Assembly (NCBI GenBank): GCA_965235115.1
Contig: OZ249437.1
Span: 6,448,001-6,512,000 of the forward strand
Source of the DNA: Laetmonice hystrix
Taxonomy: Eukaryota
Direction of reading: 5' to 3'
DNA: 64,000 nucleotides
In this document: in pieces, positions 51,231 through 62,219 of the stretch
Numbering within the stretch: the first letter of the stretch is position 1
How the letters are laid out: each line of letters starts with the position of its first letter
The notes under the pieces: model-generated
Databases searched by the model: none
The model's input: the letters and a program-made list of their open reading frames with translations, nothing else
What the model was told of the DNA's origin: nothing
Position numbers and translations under genes: made by a program

Positions 51231-51511
51231 TATATGAGAATGAGAGAAACTCATATGAAAACGCAAACAATATTTCCACCGCGGTGTAAATATTTACACC
51301 TCGGTTTAAATAATACCACAGCGGTGGCAATATTTACACTGCGGTGGAAATATTTACACCGCGATGTAAATATTTATACCGCGGTGAAAAATTTCCACCG
51401 CGATGTAAATATTTCCACCGCTGTGATATTATTTAAACCGAGTTGGAAATATTTCCACCATGGTGGAAATATTGCTTGCGTTTTCATTTGAGTTTCGTGG
51501 ATTCTCATATA
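51231..51511. mobile_element. Approximately 281-bp foldback element built from ~20-bp palindromic units
   Basis: The left arm TATATGAGAAT..GAAACTCA.ATGAAAACGCAA.CAATATTTCCACC pairs with the reverse complement of the right arm. The interior is about 10 units like TATTTACACCGCGGTGTAAA. TA at both ends. Confidence 0.75.
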
Positions 51512-52122
51512 TACATGTATACACAAGCGCATCGTTCAGATTGGTACATCTAGATCATTATAACATATTACATTTATTAGATTTGGGAGGTGGTGTTCCG
51601 TGAGGAATAGGATTTTGTTCTTGGGGCAACCGGAAGAGGCCAACGCCACCTAGGGCTGCAAAAAGGAACCTCGATGACCAATCAGCTGCATCTTTACACT
51701 AGACAATATATAATAAATATTATTGCTTGCCATTGTTCGCATGGGGAAAGGATGCTATGATCCTATGACCTTCAGAGATGATTCTGTCTTAGATGTTTTT
51801 GAGCGTGATCATATCGTCTACTGTCGAGAAAATGAATGCAAATATGATATCATCTATATTAGAGAGAACGAGGCGTTGGCCACAACAAGTTTACACTGTT
51901 AAGATAAAGAAGCAAGTGATGTTACCGTATCATTACTTTATGTTCCAAATTCACGGACACCAGAATCAGAGTATTTAAAATCCACAAATAAACCAATTGA
52001 TGAGGTAAAGAAGGCCATTGTAGAAACTGATTGTCGTGTTTTCCTACCTGATAGTGTAAATAATCGAAAGATGAGAGTGTTTACACACTAACACATACTT
52101 TCTTGATTTTACTGCTTGTGCG

Positions 52123-52276
52123 CAGGCGCGGACCCAGTTCAAGTGAACCGGTCAGGCATCCCGGTTTTTCAAAAATTCATTTTTAGGCCTACATCAGAAA
52201 ATGTGGAAATGGTCTAATACATAGCAAGTCTAAGCTGTTGTGAACTGGCCACAAGTTGCGTCTGAATCCGCCCCTG
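52123..52276. mobile_element. Short CAG...CTG TIR element (MITE-like)
   Basis: CAGGCGCGGACCCAG at 52123 and CTGAATCCGCCCCTG ending 52276 are imperfect inverted repeats. No clear TSD. Confidence 0.5.
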
Positions 52277-52280
52277 TTAA

Positions 52281-52818
52281 GGACAAGTGCTAGTGTGAGG
52301 CAAAAAATTTTTTTGAGACAGATTTTTTTTTAATTTTGCAGATAAACAGAGTATGTTGTCCTCTTTCAAAATTCAGCAAAAAATGATACCTCACCTGGTT
52401 AGTTTTTTTGTAAGGAGCGTTTGAAGTTGGTATTTTCTTCATGTTAATGAATACAGTTTGCAATTTTTTTTTTTTTTTTAAAGAGAAAAAAACCTTTTTG
52501 ACTTTGAACATTTTCACTGGTGTAAATGAGCAAAAGGGAAAATGTTCAAAATCAAACTTTTTTTTTCTTTGTTTTACCACTTCTATAACTTGAAGACCGT
52601 TATGACAAATAGAAATGGTGAAAAAAAAAATTCTAAACAGTAATTATTAATTAACATGACGAACATATCAATTTCAAACGCTCTTAACAAAAAAACTAAC
52701 CCGGTGAGGTATCATTTTTTTGCTGAATTTTGAAAGAGAACAACATACTCTGTTTATCTGCAAAATTTAAAAAATATCTGTCTCAAAAAAAAATTTGGCC
52801 TCACACTAGCACTTGTCC
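52281..52818. mobile_element. Non-autonomous foldback DNA transposon (MITE), Kolobok-like
   Basis: TTAA on both sides (52277-52280, 52819-52822); termini GGACAAGTGCTAGTGTGAGG...CCTCACACTAGCACTTGTCC; imperfect TIRs of about 190 bp; non-coding interior. TTAA TSD with RR...YY ends fits Kolobok rather than piggyBac (CC...GG). Confidence 0.85.
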
Positions 52819-52953
52819 TTAAGTGCAGTATAGTTTAAGTTGAACTTGTTTCTTGTTTCGATGGCAAGTCACCTTGTTTTAACTTTGATAAATATACAAG
52901 GACTATCAGCGTCAGTGTGATGGTTTTTAGAATAACTTGAAATCCAACACTCT

Positions 52954-53349
52954 TGGTGCATTATAATGGCATACAAAAATGGTATGTGCTGGTGCATTAT
53001 AGTGGCATACAAAAATGGTATGTGCTGGTGAATTATAGTGGCATACAAAAATTATATGTGCTGGTGCATTATAGTGGCATACAAAAATGGTATGTGCTGG
53101 TGCATTATAGTGGCATACAAAAATGGTATGTGCTGGTGCATTATAGTGGCATACGAAAATGGTATGTGCTGGTGCATTATAGTGGCATACAAAAATGGTA
53201 TGTGCTGGTGCATTATAGTGGCATACAAAAATGGTATGTGCTGGTGCATTATAGTGGCATACAAAAATGGTATGTGCTGGTGCATTATAGTGGCATACAA
53301 AAATGGTATGTGCTGTTGCATTATAGTGGCATACAAAAATGGTATGTGC
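52954..53349. repeat. 36-bp minisatellite, 11 copies
   Basis: Unit TGGTGCATTATAGTGGCATACAAAAATGGTATGTGC; 396 bp = 11 x 36. Confidence 0.96.
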
Positions 53350-54503
53350 AAAAGAAAAAAAGGCCTGGCATACACCGAGAGATTTTCCTCCAAGCTGGCG
53401 CCCTAATACCATTGATATTTTGGACAAGGTTTCTTTATAAGTACTGAGATCTAATAGGTTAACATCTTTCAATGTTTTTGATACATGCCTATAGCATCCG
53501 GGTCGTGGCAATCATAATGTAGATTCCATGTATCCTGCTCATACACTCCAAGCACCGGTAAAAGTCTCAAGGCCTACTGATATTAGTAGTTCACGTGATA
53601 TAGAGAGTAATTAATCGAAGGAGGCGATGACACTATCGATGTTGACGTAACTTAATTAGTTTAATTAGCACTGATTTACAGCCTCGGGCTCTACACGTGA
53701 GATTAGGTATTCGACTCTACCTTATTTTATTAAATCAGAAATATACACGACGATATAAAAAGATGGATGGCCTTTCACAGGAACAGCAACTTAGAGATTG
53801 AAGCTGGGTGTGTGGTTGCATCTGAAAGTCGAAAGTCAGTGCACGCAATGAATGAAAGAATGAAAGAAAGAGATAAGCAAGGAGATAAAGAAATAGAGAC
53901 AGAAAGCCATGTCTCTCGAAACAACTCCCATACCAACTATTAAAATTTTCATTCATAAGCCAACATGGGAAACTTCTTAGTCCCCGAAGGTTTTGGAGAA
54001 AGCCGAGAACCTGCTAGGTGAAAGGTCCTCCTTGAGACCATCCCGGAGCTGGAACCAAGCCAGGGATGATTGTGAGAGGAATCCGATTCTCAGACTAGAT
54101 TGGCGCCCATGTATAGTGCGAGATATGGAACTATTAGGATTTGAAAGGTCTAAGGGATAGGCCCGTACATTCAGCGACCCCATATCAGAATTTTACGGCA
54201 TAAAGCTAGGACTTCGTGACATTTACGACAAGAGATAGCAGGCTCTGAACCTACCCGATCTTATTACTTCCCGAACACTCCACACGACAGTTATGACAAG
54301 AAAAATGGATAGCATTTTAGAAATAACGACAAAACTAAAAGGTCTCTCTTGGTAGTGGAAAGTAGGAACATTGTTCAATGTTCGGGCCAGGGAATTGTAC
54401 ATAATGCACACTGGTAGGCTAGTGCCCCGTTATCTTTCCAGTCGGGGCCTGTCTGAGAATGCCAGGGTGAACTTAAATCAGTAATGTGAGCTCAATACAA
54501 CCC

Positions 54504-56121
54504 GACTGTGTATCCCACGTATATTATAATATTGGTGTTGAGCAGGTAACCCAGTGAATCACAAAGACTGTGTATCCCACGTATATTATAATATTGGTGT
54601 TGAGCAGGTAATCCAGTGAATCACACAGACTGTGTATCCCACGTATATTATAATATTGGTGTTGAACAGGTAACCCAGTGAATCACAAAGACTGTGTATC
54701 CCACGTATATTATAATATTGGTGTTGAGCAGGTAATCCAGTGAATCACAAAGACTGTGTATCCCACGTATATTATAATATTGGTGTTGAGCAGGTAACCC
54801 AGTGAATCACAAAGACTGTGTATCCCACGTATATTATAATATTGGTGTTGAACAGGTAACCCAGTGAATCACAAAGACTGTGTATCCCACGTATATTATA
54901 ATATTGGTGTTGAGCAGGTAATGCAGTGACTCACAAAGACTGTGTATCCCACGTATATTATAATATTGGTGTTGAGCAGGTAACCCAGTGAATCACAAAG
55001 ACTGTGTATCCCACGTATATTATAATATTGGTGTTGAGCAGGTAACCCAGTGAATCACAAAGACTGTGTATCCCACGTATATTATAATATTGGTGTTGAG
55101 CAGGTAACCCAGTGAATCACAAAGACTGTGTATCCCACGTATATTATAATATTGGTGTTGAGCAGGTAACCCAGTGAATCACAAAGACTGTGTATCCCAC
55201 GTATATTATAATATTGGTGTTGAGCAGGTAAGGCAGGGAATCACAAAGACTGTGTATCCCACGTATATTATAATATTGGTGTTGAGCAGGTAACCCAGTG
55301 AATCACAAAGACCGTGTATCCCACGTATATTATAATATTGGTGTTGAGCAGGTAATGCAGGGAATCACAAAGACTGTGTATCCCACGTATATTATAATAT
55401 TGGTGTTGAGCAGGTAATCCAGTGAATCACAAAGACTGTGTATCCCACGTATATTATAATATTGGTGTTGAGCAGGTAACCCAGTGAATCACAAAGACTG
55501 TGTATCCCACGTATATTATAATATTGGTGTTGAACAGGTAACCCAGTGAATCACAAAGACTGTGTATCCCACGTATATTATAATATTGGTGTTGAGCAGG
55601 TAATCCAGTGAATCACAAAGACCGTGTATCCCACGTATATTATAATATTGGTGTTGAGCAGGTAACCCAGTGAATCACAAAGACTGTGTATCCCACGTAT
55701 ATTATAATATTGGTGTTGAACAGGTAACCCAGTGAATCACAAAGACTGTGTATCCCACGTATATTATAATATTGGTGTTGAGCAGGTAATGCAGTGACTC
55801 ACAAAGACTGTGTATCCCACGTATATTATAATATTGGTGTTGAGCAGGTAACCCAGTGAATCACAAAGACTGTGTATCCCACGTATATTATAATATTGGT
55901 GTTGAGCAGGTAACCCAGTGAATCACAAAGACTGTGTATCCCACGTATATTATAATATTGGTGTTGAGCAGGTAACCCAGTGAATCACAAAGACTGTGTA
56001 TCCCACGTATATTATAATATTGGTGTTGAGCAGGTAACCCAGTGAATCACAAAGACTGTGTATCCCACGTATATTATAATATTGGTGTTGAGCAGGTAAT
56101 CCAGTGAATCACAAAGACTGT
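54504..56121. repeat. 62-bp minisatellite, exactly 26 copies plus 6 bp
   Basis: GACTGT anchors at 54504, 54566 ... 55434 ... 56116, with no net indels. Confidence 0.97.
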
Positions 56122-56869
56122 ACTTACAAGCGTGTATTTTACGATTACCTAGATAATACAACAAGAGCCCTTGTCTCCTAATGGAAAGATTATTAATTGA
56201 TCTCTTCCTGCGAGATAAGATCTGATGATGGCCGGATTCTCTACGCCCCTGTAGTCTATACGGTGGCGCCAACTTTGCCGCCCAAAGCGCCATGATATCG
56301 ATACTCCCACACGGCTATCGATGCGTCATTACATATCATGAAACACACGAATCGCAACCATTATCTGGCTCGCCTGAAATTTCACGTTACGGCTCTCTGT
56401 CGTTAATATTTAAATCGCCAATGCTCCGTGATAAAAGACCATTCCAGATTTATTTAGACAGTTCGTGAATTCACCCGGAAAGTGGGCGCCGCACCGGAGG
56501 CGACTGTTGAATAGGAATGGGGTGGGGGTGGGGGGTGGGGTTGGGGGTGGGGGAAGGGGGGGCATTGATAGATCTGATTCTACCGTGTTGTATTTAATGT
56601 AACACTAGGCAGAAGGCATGCATGATGGCTGCACATAAGGCACATGGGGCCAGTCGGTACGACTCTCGCATATATATGCAAGTCTGTGAATTTCCCAATC
56701 AGCTTTAGAGATTATCCCCCAGCATTATTCCCCATGATTATTGGAATGTCACGAACGACCTATCCACATTGGATATTAAAAGACACATGTGCTCGTCAGT
56801 CAAAATTTTTGAATTATTTTCCTAGTGAAATAAAAACAAAAGCTAGTATACATGAGAGGACTGTCGTAT

Positions 56870-57118
56870 TACTGCTGCTGTGTGTTGTAGTTAAATGTAA
56901 CGCTATGTTTCTAGTTTTGTTAATTCAAACCATGCATACGCACTTTACTTACTGCTGCTGTGTGTTGTAGTTAAATGTAACGCTATGTTTCCAGTTTTGT
57001 TAATTCAAACCATGCATATATACGCACTTTACTTACTGCTGCTGTGTGTTGTAGTTAAATGTAACTAACGCTATGTTTCCAGGTTTGTTAATTCAAACCA
57101 TGCATACGCACTTTACTC
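56870..57118. repeat. 80-84-bp tandem repeat, 3 copies
   Basis: ACTGCTGCTGTGTGTTGTAGTTAAATG at 56871, 56951 and 57035. Confidence 0.92.
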
Positions 57119-57660
57119 TCCGACACTATCTCAACATTCGGCAGGGAATATTTTCCCACCAGTTATTTAACATGTCCAGAATTACTGTGGAATCTTTCAT
57201 ACTTGGGTTAAATATTAACAAATGGACCCTTTCCGCTAGTTTCAGGATTATTAAATGTTTCCAAAGAATGGCCTTTCATGGAGTTTAGGTGTGCAGTATT
57301 GCTGGAAATATCATACTGATATGAGCATTGTGACAAAAAAAAGGTTAAAGAGCAATACCCACTATCTTCAATAAACCCGATATGTTGTATACGTTACATA
57401 ATAACAATTATGTTTCCCCTCGAAATGCATAGGCCCCTAATATCCCAGGAAGAAACATTCAGAGATACCTGAATATAGAAAAGGTCATGTTGGAGCTGTT
57501 ACATTGGATCAGTTACAGGCACTGTCGGTGTAATTAAGCAAATTACGAGTATGAGATCCGGAAACATGTCGACAGTTTGTATCATTATTGCTTTTCTATA
57601 GTATTTCTTCCATGGAAAGATACAAACTTATCTGTATTACTAGTAAATGACATTGTAAGA

Positions 57661-57809
57661 CTGGGATGATGTGCGCTACATACATCTGGGATGATGTGAG
57701 CTACATACATCTGGGATGATGTGAGCTACATACATTTGGGATGATGTGAGCTACATACATCTGGGATGATGTGAGCTACATACATCTGGGATGATGTGAG
57801 CTACATACA
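57661..57809. repeat. 25-bp minisatellite, 6 copies
   Basis: Unit CTGGGATGATGTGAGCTACATACAT. Confidence 0.95.
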
Positions 57810-59479
57810 AAGCCCGGTAGACATGATGTTAGATGCCCCCTCGTCATCATCATTAATACAATGACCATTTCTCATATTACGGCTCGGCCAATGTTGCGCT
57901 TATAATTAGGACCGGTTCCATCCCGCTGAGAGATAATGAGCTGCCAGATTGTAACACAGTTGCCTTCCATCCCGTCCGGAGGCACTGGTGCTAATCAAGT
58001 CTAGTTGGTCAGCGGCACCGTAGAATCTAGCTTTTCATGGTTGTCGTGTCCGTATATAATATCGATTGTACTGTTAAAAAGAAACAACTTCGTGTTTAAG
58101 TTTGTTTGTTTTTTCTTCAATACCAATGAGTGCATGTTTGCTTACTCAATTTAACAATGGCAGGGTCATTAAGAATGGTGTATCCCTTATAATTTTATAG
58201 TTTTAAAACTTCAGGTACATGTCTGAGATAACAGAAAATCAGATTGAAAGGGGGGGGGGAGTTGTACCCATGACAGTGACGCAGATAAAGTCAGATAACT
58301 AGCAGAAATAAAAGCGAAACTTGCCTGACAGTCTGACTTGTCAAACTCATGAGGCTAGGGTTAGGTTGCACCCATCAAACGTGCCTTGGTGGTTTAATAT
58401 TACCTGACGTGATTTGTAATTGGTGTGATCTCGGAGCTGCGGGTATGGCGTGGGGATGTCAGAAAGCAGACGATGTGGTGAATAGTTAGTGGAATTGACG
58501 GTAGTTGTCTGTGGCGTCTGTTTGCGCACGGCTCGTTAAAGTCTGTTTGGGGGAGGGGGTGGGAGGAGGGGGAGGGGGAGGGGGAGGGAGGGGGCGCCAT
58601 ATTCGTGAGATTATGTCCACTAAGGTGTTAACCAGTGCAGGAAAGCGTACTGAATGTAGCAGTCACCGATTCTGTCCACTAACGACCTCATAACCGGCGA
58701 CCCACTCGCCCCAGTTCGTCCTCGTTTTCTATCCCAATAATCGTCATATGAGAGTTGAACCCCTCCCCACCTCACCCCATTCACCTTACCCCAGGCCAAC
58801 CCATGCATTGGTTGGCCAGGCGCCCGGTCCCCTCCCGGCGTGCCTGCCTCCAAGCCGGCCCAGGTCGTCCATCAACCGCCAGAGCCTTGCTGCACAATAA
58901 GGCATTGCTGTGACGGTGGCAGGCCTATAAGAATGGCGGCTCCCCTGCTTCCAACTCCTTGAAGCGGGCTCTTTTAAAGTCATTCAGGCCATCGAACGGC
59001 CCTGCGGAAAGGACCGCAAAGTGCACGTCATGGCAACAATGGAAAAATTAAAGAAATTTCCACCTGACTCGTCGGAGCGTTGGCATGGCAATATTCAACT
59101 TTTCTGCTCTATTGAACGATTCATGGGAGTGAGGGGGCTGGGGGTGCAGGGATCAGCGTCGCCAGCCGCTGGCGCAGACGACCAGGAACAAAAGGCAGGA
59201 AGATTGGCGTGCCGGAATTAAATAGCCCTGAGCTGATGAATTTCTGGGATTCACTCTTCGCAATGTACAGATAGCGACGGGGGTAGAGAAAAGTGTGCCG
59301 AAAGGGGAACCACGATGACTTTCACTTAAGTACGCTTCTGCAGACAGCCGAGTGGCGTGTGGCCGAGAACGTGGGCACGCTGTTTAAATTGGCACCATCC
59401 GAGCGTCCACTCAGACTAGAGCGCGGGGAAGGTGCGCTGTTGCCCGCCTTAAACAGCAGCCCGAGAGGGTGCCGAGTGT

Positions 59480-60065
59480 CTGATCATTACTTTCAATAAC
59501 ATTACCACGTGTAATCGGATGACACGCGCTGGGAGAGACGCCGGAAACAGGCCTCGCGCCGAGCGTTTCGCTCGCAGACGATGCGCATAATGGTCGGTTC
59601 TATCGGCCTGACGACTGCGCAGTGGGATGACGTAGCGGGTCACATTTTACCCGCGTAATATCACGTTATGGTGTGTACACCGACAGCAGAGCTTTTACCA
59701 ATTATCGGCGCTCGGAGATTCAGTCTTATATGGCAGGGACCGCGCGCTGCCGACTGTCACACGTAGCCATATGTTGCGCGCACGTTGCATCAACCACTGT
59801 CGTCGACGGGTTATCCCTTGAGGCGACCGGCTTACTACATTGCATCTACTTTTTTTCTCTCTCAACTGCATGTGATATGTGTTTCTCCACTTAAGAGTCT
59901 TACACGAATGAATAACCGACTGCCTACATTTTACGCCTTCTTCAGCACTAGCCGAGTGAGCGCGCCAGTTGGCAGCCATCAGTGGAGTGCGGACTAGACC
60001 AGCTATAATAGAGTAAACAAGTGCCAGGAGGATACGAGACGAAAAGGACCCGGATTGATTTATCC
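59480..60065 (+). promoter_or_regulatory. CpG-rich promoter/5'UTR-like region upstream of the putative first exon
   Basis: Visibly dense CpG (cgcgcc, gcgttcgc, ccgcgcgc) compared with flanks, directly 5' of the exon. The TSS cannot be determined. Confidence 0.35.
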
Positions 60066-60086
60066 ATGGATAACAACAACAACAAA

Positions 60087-60189
60087 ATGTCTACGAGACC
60101 AGCGGGCTGGAGGTACCTTCTGTGGATACGAGTGGTCATTGTCGCCATTGGCGTCATGGTAAACCTGCAAACAACTGACGGAATGGAAG
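60087..60189 (+). CDS. Putative first coding exon (signal peptide) of a second gene that continues to the right
   Basis: aacaaaATG context; MSTRPAGWRYLLWIRVVIVAIGVMVNLQTTDGME has a basic n-region, hydrophobic core and T-x-G cleavage-like site. It ends at a strong donor aag|gtatgt in phase 1. An in-frame upstream ATG lies at 60066. Confidence 0.6.
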
Positions 60190-61115
60190 GTATGTATAGT
60201 GGACTCTTCCTTCTTCAACGAGCTTTACCAAGTATTACTGTAGCCTCATGAACTATTTGTACTATGTGTATTTCTTCTTGAATTATTGAGGGAAAAGGAC
60301 TGTAAGGTTAAATGCAACTATATAACGTCTATAATGCTTAGCTTACACACAAGTAGAACTTTGTTGCTATGTTAATGGATGAACCTTTCCGAGCGGTTTA
60401 ACAATGTAGTAAACAATGTGGTCAGGTGAGCCTGAAAATTACCCCCGTTTCCTATTACTACTCATTGCCAAAAGTACTCGCTAACAAATAGGAGGGAGAG
60501 GGGAGACTGTTTTCTGAATATTCAATATTAATCTGCGATAACTGCGTAGATTCACAGGGAAAATATCACTTTACTTCGTCACCTCAACTCATGTGCTAAA
60601 ATTATTTGAATGCGTGGTTGGCGTCCCAGCCAACACGTGGTATGTACCAACCCCCACAGATCTTTCAGTGACAACAGCGGATGGTATAATAATTATTTTA
60701 ACCTGACAGTAGTGTAGGAGCGTTTATGCAACGTGTACATATAAATGTATATAGGCGTGTATAGCCAGGATATCACCCTTTGGTGGGGGGTGGGGGCGGA
60801 GTGGAGTGACAGGCGAGAACGAATCTGAGGACGGGGGAAGTTCGTATGGGAGAGCACCATGAAAATACCAGATAACCAACACAAATATACTCGATAATAT
60901 CGACTACAGCAAGGCATTTGACCTTATTAACCACGTGAGTTTAAGGGATACGTTAAACACAGTGAACATGCCCTCCCATCATTCTGGTGCGTTGGATGGC
61001 GGTCTTTCTGCTGGACCGCGAGGAGAGAGTTACGGCAGGCGAATGGCTCTCACAACCATGCAGCCTCCTCAAACGGAGGGGTACCCCAGGGAACAGTATC
61101 TGTTTTACACGACTC

Positions 61116-61650
61116 TTCAACGACATGAAAATAAACATTAGTAAAACTAACGAAATGATTATAAGGTTCGGTAAGGGCGAGGCTGAGTCAATAGCGAAGA
61201 TTAATATCGATGAGTGTAGCATAGAATGTGTTGAACATGCATGCCAAAATATTTGGTGCGACCTTAACATCGGCATTTACCTGGAATTTACATTAACGGC
61301 ATTGTGTCAAAGGCAAGCAAAAGGGTATACTATACTATATCAATTGTCAGACAAGAATACCTTGTAAGGATAATGTGGAAACAGTTCAGAAAAGGGCGAT
61401 TAACACATTATTCCTTGGTTTCGGTTAAAAGTCTGCAAATGACAACCCTCCAATCACTAGCCGTAAGGCGTAATGAAATATGTAAAACATATTTTAACAA
61501 ATTGAAAGGATATGATCACAAACTCCACGATCTAATACCCAATCCAAGGAGTGTTCTGTATAGCCTGAAGACTGCAGAAATACTACCTATTACAATTGCA
61601 AAGGCCAAATCGATATAATAACTCGTTTAATCCATGGGCATTTAGCAATA
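61116..61650 (+). mobile_element. 5'-truncated, frameshifted non-LTR retrotransposon (L2/CR1-group LINE), RT C-terminal region
   Basis: Collinear motifs across frames: NDMKINISKTNEMII, AKIFGATL...TWNLH, VSKASKRVY, ETVQKRA, SLAVRRNEIC...HKLHDLIP, NRYNNSFNPW. These follow the known order of the LINE RT thumb/C-terminus. Confidence 0.82.
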
Positions 61651-61995
61651 TCTGTTTTTTTTTTTTGGGGGGGGGGGGGATATGTAGGAAATATTATGTT
61701 CCATATATGCTGACCAGTACAAACGTATATGACAACGACATAATAATGTATTTGTCTCGGGATATTTGGGTCGTCTGGGTCATTTCATTATTAGGTAATT
61801 ACTCTTTTTATCTTTACCATTCTTTTTCTGCAATCATACCGTCATTGCATTCGTAATGGTATCGATTAATCTTTTTCATGTAGGCCTATGTAGTTTGGTA
61901 CAAGGGCAGATGAGCATTATGTCACCTCAGTGTCAACTGTCCAATGTCCCCGTCCCAAATTATAGGAAAGATCACATTAATATCTTATAGCGTGT

Positions 61996-62219
61996 TGGTG
62001 GTGGTCGTGGTGGTGCTGGGGTGGTCGTGGTGGTGCTGGGGTGGTTGTGGTGGTGCTGGGGTGGTCGTGGTGGTGCTGGGGTGGTCGTGGTGGTGCTGGG
62101 GTGGTCGTGGTGGTGCTGGGGTGGTCGTGGTGGTGCTGGGGTGGTCGTGGTGGTGCTGGGGTGGTCGTGGTGGTGCTGGGGTGGTCGTGGTGGTGCTGGG
62201 GTGGTCGTGGTGGTGCTAG
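61996..62219. repeat. 20-bp GT-rich minisatellite, about 11 copies
   Basis: Unit GTGGTCGTGGTGGTGCTGGG. Confidence 0.95.

Noticed and set aside
52927-53511. Repeat AHTIFVCHYNAP resembling a zinc-finger linker or the CAP/PR-1 C-terminal motif
   Set aside because: Only one Cys per unit, no other CAP motifs, and it is simply a 36-bp minisatellite.
54045-54085. SWNQARDDC resembling a C-type lectin helix motif
   Set aside because: An isolated 9-mer with no WIGL or later cysteines and no splice support.
71-62219. Tandem arrays as CRISPR-like loci
   Set aside because: Units are contiguous with no unique spacers, there are no cas genes, and the context is eukaryotic.
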